The translations under genes were made by a program, and so were the position numbers. From Klebsormidium nitens (Eukaryota; Plantae; Klebsormidiophyceae): a DNA stretch of 64,000 nt. The stretch lies in assembly GCA_000708835.1 (NCBI GenBank), contig DF237107.1, positions 62,001 to 126,000 of the forward strand, given 5' to 3'. Below, one piece after another: positions 1-11,132 of this stretch (position 1 is the stretch's first letter; every line of letters begins with the position of its first letter). Below the pieces are notes generated by a model. It had not been told where the DNA came from. It worked only from the letters and a program-made list of their open reading frames with translations, and ran no database searches.

Positions 1-2219
1 TGGGTTGAGAAGATGCAGAAAACAGTGCATGAGCGTGCCCAATGAGGTACCGGTATGCATGTCCATTTGAATCAAATTCTCAAAATTTTCCACTTAAAAG
101 CGGGGAAAATTGCAAAAATCTTGGCTCTGGGGCCCGAAGAAGTTCTGTGACTGACAAGCCAGGGGGGGGGGGTGGGCTTGGGGCTTGCTCGCCCCAAGGA
201 GGCCACCAGGGGGTCCTAGAAAGGTGGCTTCGAAAAAAATGATCGATTTAAGAATGGGGGGGTACCACTTACAAAATGACGATACCCTAATAGGCTCCAG
301 AGTCCAGACAATGTAGACCGGAGATCAGAGATTTAGTGTCAACCAACCATAGATACGGTACGGCAGCTAAAGCTGAGCGACGGCGATCGTACACCCTACC
401 AACTTGCATGGCGTGGCGCGCCTCGAAAGCTGCCGTACTCGATAGACGGCGAGACAAAGTTGACACTGCTGACTGGTACCGTAGCTTGTATAATGCACAA
501 GCTTGCCCCTTCCGGGATCCCTTCGAAATTCTTGGAAGTATCTCACGAGCATTCACTGTCAACCATGCGTGTGCATTATTGAGCGCAATCAACCAAACAA
601 CATGAGATTTCGCGGCACAGTGGTCACAACCAAGTTCCATCCGACCGTCAGCCTGACGTGCCAGCGGCTCTTGGCAATATTGCGAAAGATGGAAGTTGAC
701 GGGCCGGGTGACGACCAGCTCCTTTAACGGGCTGGCAATTTGGCGGGCGCTTAGTGTGCGTTGCGTTCCCGCTGGGTTGAAGACAATCAGCTGTTGCTGC
801 AATGACGTCTCAGAAGGACGCGTGCAGGTTTGCGGTAATTTCAAGGGCAAGTTCCATTTGAAAGAGCCTGCTGTTTCCAAAATGGAAGCAGGTCGACTTT
901 GATCCTGAAGCAGCGATAGCCCGTTCCTCCAAGCTGAAAAGGAAGAAAAGGGTATATTCCTCCGTCCTTGAACAACACTGTCCGAGGAATTGGCAAGTGC
1001 CCTCTCCAGCTGCATTTAGCTATAGACTGGCAAAAATGTCAACTCTATTATGTAAATGTCAATGTTGTGGCATGGCAAGTTTTATTACTTGAACATTGCA
1101 ACCCGTCCGATCCGCGAAGCTCATAGCTGTCTGCTTGTACAGGGTTGTGGGTCAGCTTTGTAATTAGGGAGGTTGGGGCCCTCTTCTGATCTCGCTTTCA
1201 ATATCGTCTTACTCATAATTGTCCCATCCCATGATTCACCACTTCTGCATGATATTTAAAACTGCTCTGCGTTTCGTGTCAGCCACTGAAGTCTGACCTT
1301 CAATCAACATTGCAGATCCTGATCAGCAGGAGGTTGCGAATGTTTGTGCGTTTCGCCTCATGGTGATCAATTGGTGTCTGGGGTGTAGGAATCTTGGGCC
1401 TGCTATCGCTAGTGACTTGACGGCCCAGTAACACAATCTGACAATCTGTAAATAGCAACATCAAAATACAGAGAATTGCAGCGGATGATTGTTTGCTTTC
1501 CTTTAGGGCCGCTCTACGGCTCTTTCCTCACCTCAGGGGCCCTGTGTACCTACCAAAGTGATCGATCTCTCCCTACGCTTTTGTCTCTCAGGTGTCCCTA
1601 AGATGCACCATCTTTCTCCCACAATGACCTTTCATGTTTGATGTTTGCAGCTATCCTCATGAGGAGGCAGCGAGCCGAAGCGCGCCCCACCGCTCACCTG
1701 CATCTTTGGCAACGACATGACTCCGAAATGCACGCTAGAAGTGGGGGCAGAAGACTCAGCCAATCGAGTGTTATGTCCACAATTTAGGCTTTCTTATTGA
1801 AGTCTGCCCTCTTTGAGTGACCAGATCTTGCGGGCACAGCAAAATTATTGTCCTATCCTGGTATATCATCAACTGGTGTCCATCTGCACTTACACTAGAA
1901 GAAGATGCCGCTTTCAGAAGCCCCTTTCACAGCAAGGACTTCTCGACAGCAAGGACAGCTCGGAGCCCAGCCCTTTCGGCGCAGATATTCAGCCCACGTT
2001 CCTCAACCGCAGATCTGCTCCGGAAACTGGTGACAACATTGGCGCGCTGGCGTTCAGCGAAAATCGTCTTCAGCCGCCTTCTTCAAAATCCGAGGTAAGT
2101 GCTTCAACAAGCCCAGGTCATCTCAACCGTTTCAAAAGTTGGTCAAAACAAGCTGAAACGTGCTCCAGAACTGGCGACGACAAGCTGACGTCATGCCCTC
2201 GTGTTTGCGGATCTTTTAG

Positions 2220-4770
2220 GTGAAGCGGCTCATCGGGTGCCAGTGCTTGATCCCGACCGTCCGGAGGACGTAACTTGTGGCCCTTCCATGTCGTCCGCAG
2301 CCCCGACGACAAGCCCATGATCGAGGTTGGAATCAGGGGCGAGCAGAAGCGCTTCTCGCCTTCAAAGATCAGCGCCATGAACCTTTGCCAGGACGAAGGG
2401 ACACGTGGAGGCGTACTTGGCAAAGACCGTAAGCCGCCAATGCGGTCGTGAGCGTCCGGCCTACTTCAGTGACGCGCAGCGCCATGAGCCAAGTAAGGAT
2501 GGGCTGGTGGGTGCGTGGGTTTGTCACCATCCTGGCAAAAGGTTTGTTGTTTGTACCTTGCTTCTCGAGACGACTTCGAGTGAGCTGAAGGAATGAGTGG
2601 CAAGGCTGGCCATATGAGCAGTGCTCTGGCACTGCCACCAGCAGACGAAGACGGACTAACTCATGCCAACGACCCCATATGTCGACTTGTTTCGCGGGCA
2701 ACACTCCCGATTTTTGTTGTTGACGTGGTCCTCATGGAACGGATCCAGTAGGAATCAGTGCACCGCGTATGACCTTCTAGCACTCTGCTGGAACTGACAC
2801 TGCAAGGAATGGTGCTCCGGAGCAACTCGAACCCTTTTGAATCGTAACTACTTTTCCTGGGCACCTTCGCCTCCCTGAACGTCCTTAGCGTCATCACTGA
2901 GCCGAGCGCGGGCGCAATTGCAAACGGCTTTGACTGGAAAACTTGCCGACAAGGCCTAGAGAACGTCACTCATCTTCGATCTTAGTGGGGGAACTTTCGC
3001 AACGTCGCAGATGACTGTTGAAAATGCAAATTTGAAGTAAAAGCGATAACAGGAGATACGCACCTGGGCGGGGAGGACTTTGACAGCCAAGTGGGCGGTC
3101 GGAGAGTTCAAGCGGACATCAGCGGCAATGCACGGTGGGTACCCTTGGACAGTCTGATGGTCTCTCATGACGGACTGGCTCGCTTGACCGGCGTTCATTA
3201 ATGAGATCTGGCTCTTTTTCTTGCCTCAAGGGTTTGGCTTCCGGGATGTGGTTCACGATGAAGGAGCATCGAGCAAGTTGGGAGAGGTAGCGTACCAAAG
3301 ATCGTCAAATTCTGCCCGACTGCACGTTACCAAAGCCAGCAGAGCCGTGGTCATGCTGACGTGGAGCGGATGCAATTTTGGCTCGTTTCCTTTTAGCAAC
3401 CTACTTTGTGCCGAAACGTACTCTTCTAGCTTTTCGAGTCTGAAAGCAGGTGGCATAGGTTGAGTGGCAGCCCCCACTTCTCGAGAACGTTCGAGGCTGT
3501 GCCCCTTTATCACCTCTAGAAAAGCACAGTAAGTACTCACTGTATTCCAATTATTGAAAACAAGTACGACTCCCCATCCTTTTCAAAAGAGATCTACTCC
3601 GTCCGCAGGGCCATTCCGCTGGCTCAAAAACTCGTGCCGGGGCGCAAAGCGCGAGCTTTCGGCGACCATTTACACTACGATTGAGGTCGATGGCCCTGTC
3701 TCGATCTCAGGGCATCAACGTGATTGCCGAAATCACGCGCGCGCGCTTCGAGGAGCTGTGCATGGACCTGTTTCAGCGGGGCATAGACTCGATGAAGAAC
3801 GTCTGAGAAACGCCAGGCTGGACATCCTGGCAGCGTGGGCGAGTCGGTGAGTGCCGCCCTGGCGACACGAAAGTGCCCGGGAATTAGCCTGTTTCATGGT
3901 TTTAGATGGGCTAGAGCGAGGTGGCCCGGTCGGCGGACTGGCACCCCGGCGGTCGCCCCGGATGCGCCCAAATTAAGTATCATAGATTTAAGTGCGTTGT
4001 GTGGTGACGAGCAGCGTCCGATCAGAGACACGTGGCCCGGGGAAGGTGATGTTTCTCACTTAAGTATGCGGTTGTCTTTTGAGACGTTTCTGCCGTGAGG
4101 AACAGTCCATCGAGCAATGAAAGCGGCGCCTTCGATGTGCAGCATCACTTGCCGAAAACAACCCTCTCGCGCGCGCTTAATATAGATTTCGAGGGTCTCC
4201 TGCGGGGGGTCCGACAGAATCGCTGTCCTCGTTCCAGCTGTATTGTATGATGTTCTTTCTCATCCTTGTTTAGGAGCTCTCGTGACTATTGCTGACGTCA
4301 CTGCCCGTTTTTGATGACGGCACGCGCCCCGCTTCTCAGGCGGCTGAATGCGCATCCCCAAGTTTCAGCTGGTCCTGAACGGCGACTTTCGTGTCCGAGC
4401 CGTTTCCTCCCTCGTCGCCCCTCTCTGGAGTCTGCTGAAGCTTCTCATCATTCAAGACGCCTCTGCTGCTGACGTCACTACCCATCATCCCTGACACCAC
4501 CTCCCTTTTTCCGGGCAGCAGCTCGACGGGCATCCCCAGGGTTCATGAGCGGATGCTCCCTAGCTCGCTTTCACATTACCTGTTGACGTCACCCATCTTT
4601 CCTGCTGACGTCACGCCCCTCTCCCCGCAGGCGGCTCGACGCGCATCCCGAGCACATTGAAAGCAAGTTTTCGCGGGCAAGCAGCTCAAGAAGGGCATAA
4701 ACCCGGACGAGCTGGCGGTCGCGTACGGCGCCGCGGTGCTGGCCGCCGGGGGAGACCCAGCAAGGTACAC
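2220..4770 (+). pseudogene. HSP70: Degenerate HSP70 (DnaK family) nucleotide-binding-domain pseudogene
   Basis: Ordered HSP70 motifs in shifting frames: VKRLIG (2220), LWPFHVV..DDKPMIEV..GEQKRFS, PAYFSDAQR (~2458), NVLSVITEPSAGAIA/IFDLSGGTF/FEVKAITGDTHLGGEDFD (2880-3090), AKRELS..TTIEVD/ITRARFEELCMDLF (3640-3780), GGSTRIP and GINPDELAVAYGAAV (4630-4745). There are multiple frameshifts and stops. I found no substrate-binding domain downstream and no N-terminal GIDLGT loop. Confidence 0.85.
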
Positions 4771-5924
4771 GACAGGACGGCATTAAGTTGCCCATGACAA
4801 CTCAAGTAATCATTGCTGAGATAGCGTGCAACGAGGGCAAGGTCCGGTTGGGGAGGCGTACCAGCTTATCATCTAGTCCCAAGTAGGCTAGCCACTTATG
4901 ATGATTTCAGTAAATCTGCGAACGTACGTATTGGGTCCAACGATAGTCAAGAAGCGCCGACAAGAGCTACTTTTGATCGGCATGCTTCCGATTCGTCGAC
5001 CTGGGAGCATCGCAAATCTCCAATATCCAAGTGCAACTGATCTTTCAAGGCAAAAGTGCGTACCGCGTGCCTAACAACACATCGCAGCGTACAACTTATC
5101 AAGTCAAATGGAACCAGTGATGCGACGATGGTTCGAAAGCAGATTCTGACACAAATGATCCTATTTTATTTCGCTTCAGAGTCTCGCATGGCTATTTGTA
5201 TGCCGTGCACTGAGTGAATCCAGTATGAAGCCACAGGAGACGCGCACTGTATAAGCATCCAATCTCAGGTTTGACGATCTCACCAATGATCGTGCACTGC
5301 CATCGAAGAAGTGTTAAGTGTAACATATCGGAGGATCACACGGACTACCGCACGAATTGTTATTAAAAGGTTTGCTAGCTGATTACTTAAGTTTCACGCC
5401 AGGATATCTTAATGAACAGATGTTAAACAATCAGGCTTGCATATGGTCTGGAGTTGATCATTGCGCAATCGGCAACCCGGACAGTTCAAAGACGTACTCA
5501 TCAGTGACGAGCGGCAGAATCAGAGATTGCCGCCATCTAGTGACGGAAAATGATTGTACAAGTCCATTGCCACTGCGTGCTAGATTCAACTGGAGCCGTT
5601 CGTCATTGCAAGGATCATCCTGAGCCGTTCGTTGATCGACGGTCTGAACAATCAAACGAATACTAGCTACGTAAGCCGGGACCCTCAACAAGATCCGGGC
5701 CGACTGAACAAACAAACTCGACTAGAGCACGTATATAATCAACTAATTGAAGCCGGACACAACGTTTAAAATGTTATGTTGATAATTGTCTAACTATCAG
5801 CAAGACTGCTGTACATATGAAGTCACGTGTATCATTAATCTCCGTGTAGTATGTGTTAAACTCATGAAGTACAGGACGAATTCCTATAATTCACGTACAC
5901 TTTGCACTGCTGACGGCCCAATCC

Positions 5925-8813
5925 CTATGCTTTCACGGCCTCCACGACGGACGGGCTTCCAGGCCCCAGCGGAACGATGCGGCTAATCTCAAAACCCTCA
6001 GACTCTAGTAATGTCTTCCACTCCTGCTCCGAGCGCTCCCGACCACCCGGGCACATCATCATCATCTGGATGTCGAGGAGAACCGGGAACTGGCGGGCCT
6101 CGGAGGGTGCAGTGCCGGGGTTCGGGATGACGAAGTCCACAATGAGCAGCTTTCCACCGGCGGGCAAGGCGTTTCGGCAGCTGGCCAAGATTGTTTTGGA
6201 CGCCGTGTTGCCCCAGTCGTGCAGGATGTGCTGCAGGAAGGACTCGGAAAAGGGAGACTCTTCAGTCCAACGGGGCCCGGTGACATGCAAGACCAACGGT
6301 CGAGTGGATCTTCCAAAGCGATAAGACTGCATTGAACGACTTGACTTGAATGGCTTAACCCCTCTTCCTACCTGATGGAGTCAGCATGTTTCTGAAGCCT
6401 ACCGGATACGGAACAGAACGGCGTACAGAACATGAGCTCAGGTGTGCAGATTTCCAGGAAGGGTCTAGGAATAGGCGAGACTGACGAGTTGTTCTTTGAA
6501 AAAGATGTTGTTTCGTCAAGCCTTCCTTGTGTTTTCCTGAGGTCGGCCCGCTTCATTAAAGCTGCGTTCTGATTAGCCTTTCGAAAGACTGAGCAATCTA
6601 CTTTCTGTTGACTGATTGCACACTTTTTAAGGAAAGGTTCTGCACGAGATTCAAGACAGCTACAGGCAAGAGCAACGAGAAGAGGAAGGAAAGCGCGCAG
6701 CGCTAATCCAGGACGAAGAACGACACGAATCTTCATCATGATGTTGGAAGCTTTGGGTAGAGTCTCGGCCTTGAACATGTCTCCAGACACATGATCCACC
6801 CCTGGGATGGAAGGCGCAGTTTGAATGACACGTGGCTGGTCAAAGTTGATGCCCTTTATGTTGGGGTACTTTGCGGTGATTGCTGCCAGAACAGAACCGT
6901 GCCCTCCGGCAACGTCCATCAACTCGTCCATGTCCTTGAACCCGTCGTAAGCCTGCGATGAGCAGAAACCTCCGTGAAATGCATGCCTTATGATCTCTCG
7001 AAGTCAACGAAAACCAGAACTCTGACTACAATTTAGCAACAAATGCTTCGGGACGACCTCCATAATATAAGGAGTGCTGCTCCTCCGAGAATGCATGGGA
7101 TCTGGCTCAGCTTTGTAATCTGCAGATTGCACGTCTGTGCATTGCCATTGGGGCAAAACATCTCAAGGGGATGGCCGAGCTGACAGCAGCAAAGACCAGC
7201 GTTTGTGGTTGAGCCCTGACCTGCAGTAGCTGAGGAACTTGAGTCGACGAGAGGCCGCTCATTGCCGCGTCGAAGGCCTTTCCGGATGTGTCCGGATGTG
7301 CCTGCGCAATCAGAAAACAACTGTCGTTGATATACAGGTCGCCAAAAAGATGGTCGTGTGGGATACCTGGATCCCATTGAAAATTGAGGAGCATAAGGCC
7401 AAGCCACTTTGAAGCAGAGTGTGCCGCTGTGCAAGCATCCAGGTGGTAGGATCCAACATGCTCGCATCCCTCTTGCTCGTGTACGCAAGGTGATCACTCA
7501 AGCAGTTACAAGCTGCGGAGCGCTTTAGGTGCCTATATAAATGCAAAATCTCAGCTGCAGGCAGAGTTGCATACCTGAAAGAAGTCCCACATGCTCTCAT
7601 GCGTCTTGCTCTCTTGAGTCTTCTCCCAACCTGAACCCCCTTCCTTGATCGTGCGCGATAGCTCATTCCAGGTGTTCCATGTGTTCGGCTCGTTGAAGTG
7701 GAGTATCAGACCAGCCAAGGGATTCATCTTGCCCGTCTCCTGCAAGGCGGCAAATTTATGTTCTTGTGACTGACACCTGAGTTGCATCCTATGTAAGATA
7801 GCATCTGTTGATCATGATGACCAGGAAACCAGGTAGTCTTGACAAGAAAGATGACTTCCTCTGGGACAGCTGCTTTCACAGAATCCACATCAGAAAGCTC
7901 AGAACAGTACTCCCGTCGTGCTCGTTGCCTGGATGCTCTCTAGGCAGTCGATCCAATTCTCAAGGAGCACAAGAAGTAAGAAGCAATGAGGCACATACCT
8001 TGTCTGACGCCAGAAGCTGACCCACCGACGACAAGCTGTAAGTCCCTTCTGCATTTTCGTCGAGCACCCCAAGTCCAGACATCGCCCGAATGAGGCGTGC
8101 GGTTGCGTCAGGGTCTGTCCCTGCAAGCTGAGCGACGTCATCCGGACTCATTGGTTCACCTGCAGACAGAGCCACAGCTCTCGTTGAATACTTTCACAAA
8201 GGGGCACAAATGTGCAAGGGAATGCTTCAGCAACTCCTTGAATACTTTGCTCTCCTGATGAACAACGAAAAGCTGGCGCACGAGGGAAGCAATGTTCAGC
8301 TCCAGAGTTGTGAACCTTTGACTTGACAAGCTCAACGAAAGTCGCATTGGAACATAGGAGGACCTGCCATCCTGTGCCCTTAGAGACGCATACATACAAC
8401 GAGCACGAGTCAGGAGTTTTGAAGCAAATGCTTTCATTGGATCTTTCCAGCAGGCTGGTATATATGCTGCTGACAAATAGCGCTGAGGAAGTGCTGCTTA
8501 GAAGGCTACTGACAATTGATGCTGTTACAAGATGAGGTAGAAGCATTCACCAGAACTGTCTCACAACATGTCAATTCACAGACTGCATGTTTCCATGTCC
8601 ATCCAATCAGAATTGTGCATACCTTAGATGTTTACTTCGAAAGGTGACAAATCAAACAAGCGCTATGAGCATCTACAGGGTGTGAATCACGGTACCTTGT
8701 TTGGCAAAGATGTCCGGCAAGCCATTCTCCACAGCAGCGTACAACACTTTCCCTTTTGCATAACTGAATGCATAGTCTGCCAGGAGAGCCGCTGCAGGCA
8801 GAGCTGGCGCCAT
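5925..8813 (-). CDS. SAM-dependent class II O-methyltransferase (Methyltransf_2/COMT-like), copy 1; exon-5 donor non-canonical
   Basis: Exons 8696-8813, 7999-8159, 7575-7739, 7221-7301, 6731-6952, 5925-6230. Lengths 118/161/165/81/222/306 are identical to copy 2. Motifs: DVAGGHG, GDMF, ILHDW, GGRERS. All junctions are GT-AG except the donor after 6731, which reads AT. Confidence 0.85.
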
Positions 8814-9617
8814 TGTACCTAGTCAATCAAGGAAAGAGCAAGCCGCGTCAGCTCAAAGTGCCCCCTGCCTATGTACTGAGACTCCCCTTCACTCTTTTTG
8901 CCACTAGATCTCTTCTGAGCCGCCTCTTGCGAATGAATAGGCCACCAAAGCAGCTGCCAAAAGGTGGAGGACCACAGTAGATGGAAGTCTAGGAAGTGAG
9001 AAGAAAGAGTCCAGCAACCAATCAGCTTGATTGAGCTACTGTCCTAGAAGCATTGCACGAGCCTGTTGCAAAACGGAATGCAGAAGGTTTACTGCGTACT
9101 GGATAGCTGAAGGTTCAAAACAGCCTTGCTCACCCGCTTGTGTCTTCTTGATTTCAAGCTTCTTTGAAGAAGGTGAAGATGCAGAGATGCCTGCTGCCGC
9201 TTCGGATGATAGGGTGAGACTTGCTTTCAGGGACTGCCACAGTGCGCGTCGCGAGGTGCCAAAAGCTTGGCAAGGCTACTACACCTCAATAGAAAGGAAT
9301 CAGGCGGCCTCAGGTTGGCTCTGCTGTGAAACGATGGAGACTGCTGGCTAGTGCGCAACTTGTCTTGGAAGAATCTCTTGAAAGCTTATATACCCTTCAG
9401 GTGTCCGCTTTCAAAACAGTCTACAATAGCTGCTCTTGGCTGTAGACGTCTGGGCTGCTCTTCAATGTTCAATGTCGAACTACTGTACAGCATATCAGCA
9501 TTCGTGGAGTTTCAAGGAAGGGACCAGGTGGGACCAGGGCCCGACTGGGCCCCACCGGACTTGCACCCTGGTAGAGCAAGAACAAGAAGCACGTGGAGCA
9601 AGGTTCAAGAAGCACCG

Positions 9618-10008
9618 GGGAGGGCGGGTATGGAGAATAGGGACCAGAACTTGATCTCAGGTTCCGGATCTCGGGACATTCCTGATCTCAGGAAGCCACT
9701 GTGGGGGGTAGTATTCGCTCTGTGCCGTACCCCCTCTTGACAGCAACGTAAAAGTCCAAGCACCCGGTGAAAGTCAACTTGATCTCAGGAAGCAGCGACA
9801 GGGGGTTCAAGTGTGCATAATGACATACCCCCCGAGGCACTGACAGATTTTGACTATGGTCGGCCGAGCGCCGTCCGATGCAAACGGAAGGCTCAGATTC
9901 TATGTTCGGGCCCGGCGGGACCCGGCCGTACAAGGTCACCGGTCCCCAGATCGGGAAAGTTACCTTAGATCAGGAATGTTGGTCCCTATTCTCCATACCC
10001 GCCCTCCC
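9618..10008. mobile_element. MITE-like element bounded by a perfect 29-bp inverted repeat
   Basis: GGGAGGGCGGGTATGGAGAATAGGGACCA at 9618-9646 has its exact reverse complement at 9980-10008. The interior has three (T/C)TGATCTCAGG motifs and no convincing ORF. No clear TSD was seen. Confidence 0.5.
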
Positions 10009-10172
10009 GGGGCCTGGGCCTACGAGCTTCTCGATTAAGATCGCCCGGGGCCGGCCGGGCTTCAAAGAAAGCCCCGGGCCCGGGTTCTCGGAAAGTGCCG
10101 CCGTGCTGACACAAGTGACCACCATGATCCATGAGCCACCCATGGCTCCTACGGGACTACCTATAAAATAAA

Positions 10173-10188
10173 TTGATTGATTGATTGA
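10173..10188. repeat. (TTGA)4 microsatellite
   Basis: ttgattgattgattga seen directly. Confidence 0.8.
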
Positions 10189-11132
10189 CCACAGCGGACT
10201 ACATGCAGGCTGACGACCGTACACTGGCATGCCGGGCTAGACGCCGGACGCGGCTGGAGCCGCCGATTCCTGTCCTATTAACTTCGAAGCCCGATCGGAT
10301 GTTCGCATGGTGCGCACGCCGGAGTGGCGACGAAAAACAAGGGCGAGCTATTTTCACACTGGGTGTTTGACGGCATGCTGTGACCTGTCCGTCGCCACCT
10401 ATTATTAACGGAGCTGTCCGGCGACGGCCACCCTCTGTATTGCAGGTTCTGATTGCTGCTCACTGAGCACTCAGCTCAACTCTCCGCCCGTGAATAGAGG
10501 TACCTACCTCTACAGGATACCATTATCCTGAAACCGCGTAGTACTCGAAGCTTCAATCTACGCCCCGTGCGACACGATTGGTGATGTTGCGGCATCCCGG
10601 CCGCGACAAAGCAAATTCCTCATGGGTTGGCGGCCGGGACTGCCACATCCAATGACTGCCAGCTTAATTTCCATGCATTGCCAGCAACGTATACATTACA
10701 AGCGAGTCGGATGACGGAACATGTCTTCGCTGGCCCATGCCTCTGTATGGAAAAGGAATACTCAAACTTAACCATTTGCTCCTTTCAAACCTGGCCCTGC
10801 GCTTCATGCACTGACTGTAAACGGTAACTTGGCCTGATCAAATGCACAGGACTCGCCGTCGAGATTCAATCAGTCCTACAGAAGAGAAAGGTAACATCGT
10901 ACTTTGAATGCAATCTGTCCGACAGGCCCAGACGAAATCGAGCCACAGCCCTTTACCTATGTACGTGTCTACAAATCTTCTTACACTAACCAGTCTACCC
11001 CTGGAAAGGATGTACATTCCGCTGCAAAGAGCAGCGCTTGCGCAACGTCCAACGAGGTGTCGCTCTAATCCCCTAACTTTGTTCGCATACGGTATTTCAA
11101 TTGATCAAATACGCACCACTTTATGCACCCGT

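Noticed and set aside
3253-3540. 95-aa minus-strand ORF within the HSP70 pseudogene
   Set aside because: No recognisable motif or splice partners; probably an intron or insertion by chance.
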